Below, one piece after another: positions 48,288 through 62,619 of a stretch of DNA of 64,000 nt (positions are counted from its first letter, which is position 1; every line of letters starts with the position of its first letter). The notes under the pieces are model-generated. The model ran no database searches. It was not told the origin of the DNA and was given only the letters and a program-made list of their open reading frames with translations. The position numbers and the translations under genes are program-made. Location: NCBI GenBank assembly GCA_973851085.1, contig OZ316775.1, positions 18,910,001 through 18,974,000 of the forward strand, read 5' to 3'. This stretch comes from Ptychomitrium polyphyllum. Taxonomy: Eukaryota.

Positions 48288-51200
48288 TCATTCGGAGGCT
48301 TCTCCATTCATGAGCATCTCAATTTCTTCTAGAGAGCGCCCTTTTGTTTCAATAATGTAACTGTTAGCAAAAGCTATGGCCAGTAATGAGACGACGCCGA
48401 AGCTTGTGTACACTGCCTGAAGGCCAAGCCGTTGAACAAGCTCGAGGAAAAAGAGCCCAATACCGAAGTTGCAAACCTGCCATCATTTACGAAATATGAT
48501 CTGATTGAACAACTGAGATAGAAGTCGGAAAAATCAATTGCTAAAGGAGTGAGGAAAAAAACCATGATTATCAGCTCAAAAGTGATACTACCGAACTTAA
48601 TAAAAATGTCGTACGTCAGGAATACATAAGGTTGTTTATCATGTGATCAATCTTTTGGTTAGCCAACGTCTGACATGAATAAACACAAAGAAATGAAACA
48701 AAATTTCGGACACTCTGAATCATACCCAATGTGTACAAAGGCTCACAGCCATCGTCTTTGACCGCAATCTTGTTGTGCATAACTCCGGAATGATCAATGC
48801 TGTAACTGGTCCAGCTCCTAAAGCGAAGGTAAAGACGTACCTGCAATGATACCAGAAATCATTACTCGCTGGTGCCAGACATATAACATCGATTAGTACA
48901 CAGAACCAGAGAAGATATGCATGATTCGTACCCTAAACTCTGACCCTGAATCTAGTCACAATGAACTGGTGAAGGACACATTGGAACAAAACGGGAGCAA
49001 CTGATACATAACGAGACAGGATCCTTTCACTTAGGTACATCATGAAGACCTCCAAGACAAAGAACCTCAGAAGATGGAGGTAGGGATAAATCATACAAAA
49101 GCGTTCCTCCAACCGAAAGAATGTGCGCCACGTCCGGATTGTCGGGCATGCCTAATGCTGCCACTAGCAACGCCATAGAGATTGCCTGGTAGAATGCAGG
49201 CGTCAGATGCCATCTAACTGGTTCAGTAAACGACTTCACTTCTCTCCCATGCACAGGAAGCTCATAGGGAAAATTAAATGAAGTCAAAGAGGTATAGTAA
49301 TAAGTTCTAGGTGCGTCTCATAGACCATGTGAAGTCCAATATTTAGGTCATTACCATTCCTCCATAGCTGCCCATTAAAAGCTTCCGCCGGCCTTGATTA
49401 TCCATCAACGACAATGCCACCACAGCCCCTGACATTAAACAAAAAATCCATGCAGATCAGTAATAGCTTTACTTGCAGTGCGACTACAAAATACACAGAC
49501 ATGCACACAAACCTGTTGCAAGAATACTGAGCAAGAAGCTACTGACCTACAAGATTAGCAACGCCAACTGCAGCACTTGCCGCCATGCCATTTGTAATGC
49601 CAGCATCTTTGAACGTCAACGAGGAAAAGTAGAGAACTCCGTTAATTCCAGCAAATTGTTGCAGAGCAAAAAGTGCGCTTCCAATAGCAGCCACTGTACA
49701 AAAGCCCGGACAGTCATTTATTACGATCAGCGACTCACTTCTCTTAAAAAACAGCCATACTCACAATCTCGATGAGTAATCCAATTCAATGATGTACTAA
49801 TTACAAAAGTTGAGCACAGACATTGAAGTTAAAACGCAACTCAGAGAACAAAGCGCACCACCTTTAAAGTATGGTGCTTGTATAAGCTCCGACCAGGTTA
49901 TATCCTCGTCCTCTCCTTCACTAGAATTAGCAGCTCGCAGCTCTTCCATTGCAGCTTCTACTTCTCCCTTGCCCCAGAGTCTCTCAATTAAATTCTGAGC
50001 CTCGTCCCATCTTCCCATCTGAAATGAAGATAAATCATCAGAGGAGAGACAATAATTACATTTTCCTTCAAGTTACTTTTTCGCCAGAAGGATTCAGGAA
50101 GACATTACGTACTTTGCCTAACCATCGTGGACTCTCCGCAGAGAATTGCATGCTCACTATGAGGGCTACTCCAGGTATCGTAGCTAACCAGAGCATAGTT
50201 CGCCACCTGCCGCCCAACTTTCAAACTTTCAGCAAAAACCAAAGTAAACTCTAAGTTATCAGAAATTTTAAAACAACACTACGAGACAGTCTGCGATTAT
50301 GTATAAACCCAAGTACAGTACCTATAAAGCAAGGGACCAGAGTGAGCACAACTTGCAACTCATCGATTTGAGTCTAGTAAGTTTCATAACAAGTGTGCTA
50401 AACCTACCAATGTGGATCTGTTTCGGTAGGAACCCCAATTAAGAGAGCTGCAATTATGCCAATACATGTTCCGACTTGACACATGCTCCCTAACGCTCCT
50501 CTGAACTTTGTAGGAGCCACCTGGATACACACATGATACGTAGGTTAAACTTCTTACATAAAAATGAATTGGAAGAGAACTTCTCAAGGAAGAAAAAGTA
50601 CCTCTGAGATGTACATGGGTACTAAGCCCGTGTTGACTCCAATACCAATTCCAACCAGAAATCGTCCAAGAATCATGACATTAGCAGATTGGGAAGTCGC
50701 GCTGCATGACACCACACCATACACATCCAACAAGAGTGAGATTATAGAAACGCGACAACGTCCACACGGACAAGAGAAAATAATTCTCAAACTAAGTTCT
50801 TGCGGCTGAGATGCTCATGTCAAAAGTTGAGCAATACCTTAAGGCAGCGCCAACGACGAGTGGAATCGCATCAAGCTGAAAGGTTCTTCGTCGACCAAGC
50901 TTATCGGCAAGAACACCTCCGCCTACGCTTCCCAGGAAAGCACCGACAATGAATATGCTGACGACAAATCCTTCCATGATCGTGTCTCCTTCGAACTTCA
51001 GTTCTCGCGCAATGGATTCCAACGGCCCGTTCATCACTCTGCATATCACGAAGGGTGAATGTGAATCCAAAGGTCCTCATCCCAATTACAAAAACGTCCA
51101 ATGTCTTCGCCGTTGCAGTTGAAAAATAGAGAGATAGGCCAAGTGAGAAACTTTCTTGCGAGCATTCCTGTAAGTCCAAAACTTCAATACCTCAAACCCG

Positions 51201-51408
51201 AGAGAATTTCATCGACAGCGAGAAGAAGGCTATACCCAATATGATAGCCGAACATGAAATTGGCCATAGCTGCAGTCAAGACATGCGGAAGCGCAGGCAA
51301 CCACGAGCTTTGGGATTCGATGGGCGCAGACACCTCCTGAGCAGCACCATTGTCGATATTCGTTGCAATATCTAAAAAACCTCAGAGCTCACTCTTAGAG
51401 CGCGCGCG

Positions 51409-51441
<33 letters not shown>

Positions 51442-51804
51442 TGCGCAAAACTCCAGAGATGACCCGAAAACCACCACAAAGTCTCCGACACAAAAAAATA
51501 CAGGATAATCCAATCTCCAGACAGACCCACGAGATGATGGAATTTGCAAAAAGCAACAACCGTTCTCAGGAGCGACGGCAGGCTCCTTCTCCACTTGCGC
51601 TTTCAGCGCCGTCGGCCTGCGACGCAGCCACGCTGCACCATCAGGGATCGAGAAAATCTGCAGCTTCTGCCCACAACCAGAGCCGCGATGGTGCTCAGCA
51701 ACGACGATACATCCCAGACGACGCACATTGCAGGCAGACTGCGAGGAACTGCACGAGCTCGTCCAGCGGTGTAGCCCCACAGCCATCCCTGCCGCGCACG
51801 CCAT
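48288..51804 (-). CDS. MFS sugar porter, probable plastidic glucose transporter-like, multi-exon
   Basis: Transit-like exon 1, then PHVLTAAMANFMFGYHIGVMNGP, ADKLGRRRT, GRFLVGIGIG..VPMYISEV, ESPRWL, LQQFAGINGVLYFSS, GAGPVT and ETKGRSLEEIE, with GT-AG introns. Confidence 0.94.
51408..51440. repeat. (CA)n microsatellite in intron 1 of the sugar transporter
   Basis: A cacacatacacacaca... run preceded by (GC)n. Confidence 0.9.
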
Positions 51805-53105
51805 GGCGCCCCAACTATGCTCTCAAAACCCAGCTCCCGAACTGGGGTCGCGAGCTCCCTGATGAGCTCACAATTCCACGCAAGCAGGCGTTCTGTTGGA
51901 TTGGCATGCGTTGGGTGGCATCTCTCTATGCTTGGTCGTCTTCAGTGGAAGCGTGGTGCAGTTGCATTGGTGTTGCGCCTCGTCTCCTCTTGCTTTTTGA
52001 ACGTTTTCCCTTTTCCCAGGCTCGCCATCTGGCGGGTTCCCATACTCCCTCCGGATTTTGCCTGCTTGCCTTCACTGTGGGCCTCGTTCTCAAGACAGAG
52101 CTCGTACGTGCAACTCCTTCCGAGCGTTAATCGTAATATCGTGTAGTTGCAATGAAACGTTTTGAAATATGTTCTAATATGATTCAGACCGTGTTTCGGA
52201 GCGTTTTCATGCTTCAGTGCATTTCTTATGTGTTTCGGGTCTGGAAGCAAACATGCTTTAGGGAAAAGTTCCAGACCGGTTTTTGAAGCAAGTTTCAAAA
52301 GAAGTTTAGAAACGGGCTCTTGGACCATCACGTAAAGCTGACTTCTATAGAGATACAGTGCACTGCTTACAGCGTATAGCACTTGGGTTTGGGGCGATAA
52401 GCGGTTCACCGCCGTGATGAGAACAGTAACAGAGCTTGCTGCCTTTGCGTGGGGAAGTTGATGGTTGTATTATGATTGTGAAAGAAGCATTCCAGACCGG
52501 ACGCTGATTATGCACTAGCATTCTACTAGTCTCTAGCAGAAAACATTGCTTCGAATACACCAATCTTCGATTATCGATATGCATCCACGTTTGCTTTCGG
52601 AGTGGAGCAGGTGCAAGGAAAATTGCATGCTACAGTGCAGTTCCAAGTAGAGTCAAATGTGTGTATCTATAAGTCTTAATTGGATCTGTATCTCAATGCC
52701 ATACGACAGATGAAGCCAGCCTAGAACTTAAGGTACAAACATGCAATTGTTGTATGCGGTTAAATGCATAACAGGTGACAAGCCCAAGCATGGGCGTGTG
52801 GTTCATATACTACGAAGCGTACGTTATTAAATGAATTGCTGAAGTAGTTCTAACTGTTGATTGACTTGTGTTGACTCCTAGTACGCGTCTTTATTGTTCT
52901 GCAATACAACAGGCAATCAAGTCAGGCTTCCTTGACGATTTCGAAGCCTTCGAGACATAACCCGAATTCAAAAAACAAAAAAAGTTCACTCAAAGTTCAC
53001 CTAGTGTTCAGAAAAGGAAGAGTCTAAGAGTCTAGACATAACTTAAAATGAAAGATCTCAATGGGGTCACTGAGAGTCTACACATATTGTACTGTGATGC
53101 CATAT

Positions 53106-56100
53106 CTAAAAGAAAATTGTCGTTTGCGAAGTGAGAATGAGGGTTAGGAGTACCTTCGAAGGGTTAAATCTATCACTACCATTGGTAGAAATACTTCCCC
53201 TGATGGTACGAGCAACAACACGTGATGCTACCCTGCCTGCAAGTTCTGCTGGCAGGAGAATCGCTTGTTGCCGGGCTTGAAAAGGAAGCTGCAAAAGCAA
53301 CAAAAAAATGCTGTCACAATCTTAACCCGTTTGTATAGACTAGAAAAGTAAAACATACATCAGATAAAACATCATTCTGACATATGAAACATGCGCCACC
53401 TAGAGGAAAATCAGTCTGCTAGCTCTGATAATGAAGGAACAAGTGCAGTTCTAGGTCATGGACGAGAAGTGAAGTTAAGTGCACCTCAGAAACAACATAA
53501 AGTAGAGGCAAGTACTGTGTCAAGCCATTAAGACTTTGTACGAGGTTGTTGATATCATCCACTGAAACAGCTATCTCTGGGTAATCGTCTCTCACAAACC
53601 GTGTCCTCTCTACAAGGTCATTATCCTTCGCACCCTTGAAAACTTCGGTCTCTGGCACCCGACCATTTCTGTCACTATCGTTTGTGCTTTCCCCTGGTTT
53701 CACAAACGCTGTCCTCTCCACTAAATTGTTGTTCGCACTCTTGAAAACCTCAGTCTCCGGCACAAGGCCATTCCTGTCACTGGTGCTTGTGTTCATAACT
53801 TCCGTCCTCTGAATAATGTCCTTGCCGTTGTTACTTTCCACGAAAGTCGTTCTCATAGCCGCCCCGTTTTGGCTTGAACCAACCTTCGCAACCTTCGCAA
53901 CCTTTGTAGTTTGAACAAGATCGTTTGGACTCGAGGTACGGACCTTTTATTTATTACAGTCAAAGGTCACATCAATCATATTAGCGCTTCTTACTCATGA
54001 TATAATGTGGAATACAGGAAGTATGAAACGTGTCATGGAATGGATATGACCACTAAAGACATTGAAAAGCCACGAAGACCTATTCCATTTATGATAGTAC
54101 CTGAGTGGTAGTTCGAAAGTTCGTTGAGGAGTAAGGTGCTACATTTCCACCGGTAGTCATGCCTGCCACAGTTCCAACTCTTGAACTAGCACCAGACCTG
54201 TTAAAAACTGTCATGATCTGCCGAAGATTTTCTATGTTCTTAAGATCCTCGTCTTGAGTTACAGATGCAATCAGTGGGAGACTTATTGGTGAATGTGTTC
54301 GTATAGTGCGTACTGCTGCGTCAAACGCTACTCGATTCAACGCATCTATGCCCTGCAATACCAGCAATCCAAATGTTCCATTCATCAGTATCTGTCATTC
54401 TTTGTCAACTGGGGTGTTCAAAAAATGTGATTTAATCCGCGTAGAGCCCAAATTACTCAATCAATGCATTCCAAGCTCACTCAGTTGCTTCCTCTTTAAT
54501 GCGATACCCCGCAAACATATTAATATTCTAGTATGTAGATGCTACCAAGACCAGTCCTACACTGTCACTGAAAAAATATAGGATGCAAAGAGAAATGCAC
54601 CTTTGCAAGTTCTTCCAATATCAATTCTCGTACAAAATCACCCTGCCAGTTATTTCCACGTCAGTACCTCCGTAACCACAAATTAAATCGTGCTTTGAGA
54701 TAAAAATTAAGCTCCTTTATCGTAAACATACAGTTTTAGTTGTTGCTTTAAGCGTGACTATTAAAACTATCCTTCACACCATAAATGATAAAAAATTAGA
54801 ATCAGCCCATAGCAGTAAGACCATGGCAGCTTTTCCTTACATTAGATAATTAGCCGTTTCATGAAATTTCATTATGATACGCAAAGTTGTACTTGCTTGA
54901 AAGTCATAAATGATCTTGCAGAAACGGCTACTCATTACATGAATCAAAATTTGTTGCTCTACTCACAGGGAGGACGAGATAATGACAGAATAGGACATGA
55001 TAGGTACCTGCTCTGTTAGTCCAAATGTAAGAAGGCGCTTGAAAAGGCCCCTTCTATCCCTTTCTGTTTTCTCCTCTTGCTTCTCAGTTGGCCTGTTTGC
55101 AAGTATTGCCGGATCTTCCAAAGGTTGTCTCATTGACTGCAATCACACCACGTCCTTTATGGTAACGAGAACCTTCTAGAAGGGAGAGCTCTTTTATAGG
55201 CATTCTGACACTTATGATTTCCACACCTTTTACGTCCCAAACCAGAAATATCTTCTGGCTCGAACCATCCTCCACCTCCCACAAACAAAATATTTCGCAA
55301 GCTGCTGTATATCTTGAAACTGACCACTTAAACTATCAGAATTCTATATCACACAAACATTACAAACAATGAAAAACTCAATCGTTGATTCCTACTCAAT
55401 CACGGTTGAAGAAGAACTTGAGCACCCACCTCTGTTAGTAGTGACTCCAGCCGATCAATTCTAAAGGCGCCATTCTGTCCAAAGACATTCCCCAACCATT
55501 TACAAGACCGTGACAGCAGCCAAGATATATAGTAGGGATTCATTTTGTACAAATTTATCTCGCAAACAGAACAAAATATATGATAAATCTTTCATCTTTG
55601 GTCCGTTCTGTCCTCGTCTATTTTCGACCAGTTTAGCCTACGTGACAAATGTTGGAATCACTTCAAGGCTTTCACAATAGCTAGCAAAAAGGCTCCAAAT
55701 TTGACTCAACATCTTAGCTCGGCCTAAGAGCAGCGAAGACATGTTAACTTACTTTATACACTAGTTCCTGAAGAGTGGAACGGATCTTTGGGGATTTGTC
55801 GGTGAGGACTTTCCGGGCTATCCATGGATACGAACTACTCAACACTTTATAATTGGGGTCACTACTCAAAGCAATGCCTTCAAGTACTGTCAAACTGCAC
55901 AAAAACAATACATGAGTGAGATAAATATGTATCTTGAGGTGAGTAAATCATAAACTTGTACTTAACAATCTTATTCAGATTTCAAGCTCCTTCTGAAGGA
56001 ATTCACGTCTACTCCTGTCTACAAAGCCAACAGTACATGAGCAAGGAGGAGCCTCTTAGTTTTAGACGTTGGAATTTTTACAATCCTAAATATTTCAGAC

Positions 56101-59100
56101 TCAAATAGCAGGACAGTTCGAAATAGGCACACAGAGAGTGAACATGAAAAACATTTTAGGGAAGGATACAAAAGTCGAGGGACTGATTAATTGCGCAAGA
56201 TAGTGTGGAGTACCTTCGAATAACAAGCGAAAAGTAGGAGGGTATGCGGAACTTGAAATTGTACCTGCCAGTACATAATGAGATTCTGTTAATTGATGCC
56301 TACCCAATAACACTGCGTCATCAAAAATCTGGTAAATGTGCCAAACTGCTCATCTGAAAATATGCAATGGACTATATTCTTGGATCATATTTAGTGTTGC
56401 ATGCTTATCATATGTTGACTCATGAAAGACGCCAACATAGAGAACAACAAACCCCTCTTTGATGAATGAACATGCAATAACTATGAAGTAAATTCTGGCA
56501 ACCTGATGCACTAAGCCACAGTAGCTAAAGTGCCTTTGCGTATGCACTGAACATCTGGTTTCAGTGCAGAAATACGTACATGGTGACACCTAGTTTTCCT
56601 GACAAGTCTCCAAAGCTTATATTTCGGACACCCTTGCTTACTGCTTCTTGAAACACGCCTGCAATGTACCACGACCACTTCAAAATTCCTTATGAAATGG
56701 TTATATTGTTGAAAGAAATAACAGAATAGGGCTGTTAACATCATTCAGGATGGACCCAGAAGTTATGAACTGCTGCTCATACATTCAAATGCTTGCCATT
56801 CAGAGTCCCGAGTACGTTTCCTTCTTAATTTGGTTATGAAAACAGAACATGCAGAAAATCACGAGAAGAAAGAAAGAAACGGTGTGTAATGGATACTTTA
56901 TTACATTCAAATGTGCACCAGAGATGATACTGCAAAATTTGGTACCTGTAAGAGCTTTCGATACTTCCCCCTTCTCTGCAGTTGGAGGCAGAAGCCTACC
57001 ACGAGATACAAATATTGAGTTTACAATCGGAAATGAACTCGTTCTCACTGAAACAGGATTCATGGTGCTAACCTGATTTGTAGTTGTACAGAATCGATCT
57101 TTAGAATTTTATCAACCGTCCGTTTGTAAAACATCTAGCAAATTATATAAAATACACTAAGTCCTTACTCTGAGTCACGAACACCTCCAATACATGCATA
57201 ACTGAAAGACTGCAGTCAATACTCACCCCAGGGTGACAAAGTCACCAGCAAGAGCATCATATTCACGGTTTACAAGGTGGACAGAAGCCTCTATTAGCCC
57301 ATCTCTAAGGTTCTCTGTCATTTCACCCATCATTCCAAAATCTGAACCCATCAACATATCATATAAGGAGAGGCAACATAAGCAACTCGCTAGACGGCAA
57401 ATACAGTATACCTGGCCGATAGTAGTAATGCTTACGAGACAACAGCGATATATCTACTAAAAGATTTTGATGTAGCTGGGCTCATAGAAACCCGTTTCTT
57501 ATAACATCTCACACACAAAACAAAGGTTTCCTTAAATAAAAAATGAAGGCCACTTCTTCCCACATTAAAATTCATGAGTCCGATTGCAAGGTGTAACTTT
57601 TAACAAACAGTCGAAGCAGAGCGTACCTAGATATGCTAATTTGCCATCTGGAGTGCGCAACAAATTGCCAGGATGTGGGTCCGCATGATAGAAACCACTA
57701 TCTAATAATTGTGTAAGTGAGCAGAAAACTCCCACCTGTTTAAGCATAAGTATATCAAACTTGATAAAATTGTATTCGACCATACTTATGGGGATGAAGA
57801 ACGCGAGAACTTCCATGTCTATGCCATTAGTGTCCACAGAATTTACTTCATATGCTTCACGAGCTTGTCTATATAACGCACAAGCATATTAGTGAACAAT
57901 GTAATTACGTTACCTCAACCAGGCGAAGATCGTTGACTTCTGACAATCGTTGTCCCTGCAGAACAGCCATTTCAAAAACATTCCCGAATCTAAAGTGCAA
58001 ATAAAGATTAAACCTCAAGCTTTTTCACAAGATATTTTGAGGAATTAAGAAAAAAGGGTGAAAAAACTCCGCACATTAAACATGTCCATTCTGTTTATAA
58101 GCAAAAAAATCTCCAATCTAATGTCATGTTACTTCTGACCAGGAAAGAAAGGGAATACCTCAACCCATTCCATAATAAGAACCCGACGACTAGTGAGCTC
58201 CGAATACATTTCTGGTACCACTACATCAGGTAGAGATCCAAATAGTTTCCTGCCAATAACATTGACGTCAATTTAGTTTGTGGGGTTTAAGTACACAACA
58301 ACCCTTGATATCATCTTAATATCATCTGTAAAAATAGTACAAAGTCAACGTCATTGTACTAATACGTCAAATAATTTATCAAACGACGTAACAGTAAAGA
58401 TGAATACTAGTTGCATTCGTGCCAATCACAAAAAGCGATATTCAATGGAGAACATCAAACTCAAATACAAAGTTAAAGATCTCACCGAAATCGAGTACCA
58501 TTCCGAGCCTCCGCTTGGTAATCCATTTCCTGAAATTTTGAAAATTGCCGTGTTGGTGTGGCTTTTTAAATTAGCATTTTGTAAGAAGAAAAATTGAGAA
58601 CCGAATAGTAAATAAACTGACCTTAAATAAGCTTGAGGCCCATTCGTCAACAACACTCTGTGAAGCCACAAAGCACCTGTCAGTTCCACAAAAGAAGTAG
58701 TAGTCTGTTTCTGTATAAATACTTCGTTTTCTGTAAGACATGATTAATATAGCCTTGCAGATCCTAAACCTACAAACTCCCAAAATCACTGAAAACTTCC
58801 AAAACCTACTTGTTCTCAGCGTCTTCCCTAAGATTAAAAAGTTTGAAAATAATTGCACCAAATTCTTGACAAATCGCGAAATTGTATACTGTAGTAAGCG
58901 CAGCAAGTCATATACCCGTCCAGATACAATGTTCTGATGACTAAGAAAGCAGTTGATGATACCCCAAATTCAGTTAAGAAAGATTAATCACATAGTGCAT
59001 AATAATTAAGTCGAAAAGGAAAAGAGTAAGCTCTCAACTGGAAGATCCGTGTTCAGTTTCAGCAGCGATTTTGCATAACCAGCTAGTTTCCGTAAAATGA

Positions 59101-61270
59101 AAAGATCGAGTGCCATGGCTGCCCGGACTCCAGGCCGTTGTACCTTCACAGCCACTAGTTTACCATTTGGACGCAAACGTGCTTTATAAACCTGGAAGCA
59201 AAAGCATGAACAAATTCCACGTCCTTCCTTATCAGTGACACCAATTGTACGGCTGCTGCAAACACGCTTACTTGAATCTACCAACGCCCAATTAATTTGT
59301 ATTGTTAAACTTTGCAACAGAATACTGCAAGACCAACAGAAATCAGTGTGCAGGTTAATCACAAAAGCGATATTTCGGCTTCAACGGCCATTGCAATGAT
59401 ACCTGTCCAAGTGATGCAGCAGCAATTGGTTGAGGTGAGATCTCTGTAAACAGCTGATCCATTGAAACACCCAAATCTTGCTCAATTATTTGTAAGGCGA
59501 GCTCAGTTGAAAAGGGAGCAATGCGGTCCTGTAGCAAAGAAAGCTCTTCTAAATACTCTGGCGGAATAATGTCCTGTCATGCAGAATTCAATTTCATAGT
59601 TTTCAGAACTCATACCAACATATTCGCCATCCACTCTTACTGAATGTGACATCTTCAATCTCAATCCTACTTATCAAAGGACGTTCAACAAAATTTTCAT
59701 CAGTGCACATGCGGATCACAAGGGAGAAAGTGATGCCTACAGGACGTGAAGATACAGCCTGTGCAATTTTTACAAATGCCTGCCACATACCATCCGGGAA
59801 GATCATTTAGAAGCATTTAGAGGATAAGCTCGTTACATAATGTGTCAAACATGTAGTTGCCAAATGTGAATTTCAGTAAAATCCAATCATATCGACTGTC
59901 TCCATCCTTCAACAATCTCTAAGACTACATTTCATAACTCCAAAGAAATCGTATTATTTTACGTACAGGACCAAGTTGAACAAGAGCTGCTCGAAGTTGC
60001 GCCGCCCGTTTCTATACAACCATATCACACCCAACCATCATGTTACAATATCATACGAAAGGAGTGTATTCACGTTCACCCCCTAAAAGTCACACAAAAC
60101 TGCACAAACTGCGTCTAACAAAGCTCTCCTTATGAACTCTAAATTGGACCAGTGTAGAAATTTCATGTAAGGGAGTAAAACTGCGTTGATAAATTTGCAA
60201 CTCAAGGCGAGCCAATTGTCATAATTAAACCAGAGCAAGGAGAAACGTTCAAACATTTATGAAGCCACAGATCGCACAAGTGAACACCGGAAGATACTAG
60301 AATCTTAAAGTACAAATCTCTTGGAGTTTGCCTAAATCCACAATATCATAAAACATCGACCTTTCAACTCCCCCGTGAAATCGGAATCAAAGAAGCGTAA
60401 TGGAAGTTTAAAATCTGCCACAAAAATCGATTTTACACAGCACTAGGTATGCCTAGTGATGCCAGTTCTTAAAAACTCTTTGCCAGACACAGCCTAAGAT
60501 GAAGAAAGAAGATGATACTTTTGCGGGTAAGGTTACACTCTACAAGGTTACATGAGATTCAATCCACAAATGCACGCCCAAAACCCAGAATCTGGTGCAA
60601 AAGAAAGAAATGCCTTGAAGCCAGAAGGGGCTAAAAATCCGCAGCAAAAACTAAAACCAAAACAAAAACGATTTCACAGCATGTCCATCCCACAATGATT
60701 GCGTCAATCACACAGACAGAAAAAGATTTCCAGCAATTCTCTGCAAGCGAACAAGCAGAACCTTTGAGAACACGCAATCTGTGATGAAAAAACCGTTCTA
60801 GCTCGGGGGTTTGTAGAGCAAACCTTGAAATTGGTGTCTTCCTTCCCAAAGACAGTATCGCCATAGCGCACTGCAGCCCACCGACCCAGAGTTCCCGCAA
60901 TTTGTACCAACCTTCGTGCCAGCAGAAACGGCCGACGCTTGAAGACAGCAGCAATCTTATCCGCATTGTACTCGTCCAACTGGTCAGCTTCCTCGATGGC
61001 CGCCTTCGCAATGTAGCCTGAGTATCGAGTGAAAGTGTCAGGCTGCGACACCGCCTGCTCCCATGGGTCCCCTTTCTCCCCACCGCTCATAGCTTGGCAG
61101 GTGATTCGACAACGCTGTCTTCCGAAGGAGCTCGGGAGTGTGACTCTCAGAGAAGGATTCACAGGCAAAGCGGGACGAAGGAGACCCTTGGGACTGCGTT
61201 TGCTGATCGAAGAACCTCTTCTCACGTCGTGTGAAGCGAATGCCCCTAACATCGTTTGGACTGTCGCCAT
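53106..61270 (-). CDS. ABC1/UbiB atypical kinase, plastid-targeted (ABC1K5-like, inferred), many short exons
   Basis: Spliced motifs [88 protein letters not shown] and [10 protein letters not shown]-terminal transit-like peptide. Confidence 0.94.
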
Positions 61271-62226
61271 GGCGAGGTCAATACATTGGAGCTCAATCTA
61301 CAGAAGTGGTTGTAGGTTTCCTTCTCAATCTCCGAATCAAAGGACGCTCTCTCACACACCCAATCCGCACTCGAAGAACCCGACTCCGATAACGCACGCT
61401 TGCAAAGCGTAATTATGTCACGAACGAGAAGCGGTAGGATTCTCCTGCACCTGGTTCACGAGAACCCTGTTGCAGTCAGAGAGAACTTTTCTACACGAGT
61501 CTCTTCAAATTCTGATCGTGTTCAGATGATTGAACTGGCAGCTGACTCTGCATGAACCTAGCCGAGCACGCTTCTCATCTGACCGGGGGGACGCTACAAT
61601 GCAGCCCGCTACGAATTCAAGGAACTCATGGTGATGGCGTGACAGAATCCAAGTCAATCCGTTGTTTCTTCTACTCGCCTCTCGCTCGTCGCACACATGC
61701 CACACTAAATCACTAGCATCTCAACGACCGAGTGGAGAAATTAGGTTGCCCCACACATCCCAGCTCTGTAATGAACACATATCGAACATGGAATACCTTC
61801 TGCGTCGAGTTATCCCGAGGGGTTACGGTGATAAATTTCCATCCGATTAGTAGATTTCCATATTCACTTTCTGCACACCCGAAATTTCGACAGCAGGCAA
61901 TGGTGGACATCTTTTTGCACACCTTCGTATGTACATAAGCGGATCCAAGTTCAGCTCGTTTGAATTAGGCACTCGCACCAGGGAGTTTGCAGGTGAGCGT
62001 ACAGTAGGCCGGAGGAATATGAGTGAGCGCCTAGGGTTTGCTGCTCGGAGATGTCAGAGCCACACCTACTTGCTTGTAGCAATCTCTGAGTTTCAAGATA
62101 CTCGGGAGATTTACGCACACTCATCAGTCTCAAAGTGAGCGACAACAACTCCCAAGGCGCACCCTTCTCCTGTTGAAAAGCTCTACAAACTCTGAAGCAA
62201 ATTGCCGTGGGTGTGAATTGGTTACC

Positions 62227-62619
62227 TGAGAGGTGTTTTGCGTAGACATCTCAAAGCTGCCCATATCCTTATCTGTAAGGGCAGCTATCATCTAGTGAAT
62301 GATGAATTCATCGTCATGTTGGTGATTGTGAGACTGCGACGTTGGTTCACAGAACTGGATTTGAGAAGAGCTTTCGAAGCAGCCATGTGATCAAAATGGA
62401 GATGTGTGGATAGAGAAAGCGGATGCATATAGTTATGCAATGACCTGTTATGAGGTTTTGACAGGCCATACACCCTTCTTTGGTTATGGCAAGAGTGATT
62501 GGGGGGTAGTTATTGATGGTGAAAGGCCTCACTTGCCTGATTATATAGATTGTGGAGAACAAGAATCAGTGGAGTGATGTTTGCATGCTGATCCTTCCAA
62601 GAGGCCTGGTTTTTAAAGA
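62227..62619 (+). pseudogene. Second kinase fragment homologous to 44978-45400
   Basis: Blocks match closely at nucleotide level (tgagaggtgttttgcgtaga..aaagctgccca; tagttatgcaatgacctgttatgaggttttgacag; catgctgatccttc.aagaggcctggtttt). Confidence 0.8.

Noticed and set aside
51441..52130. 229-aa + strand ORF
   Set aside because: Antisense shadow of the GC-rich first exon of the sugar transporter.
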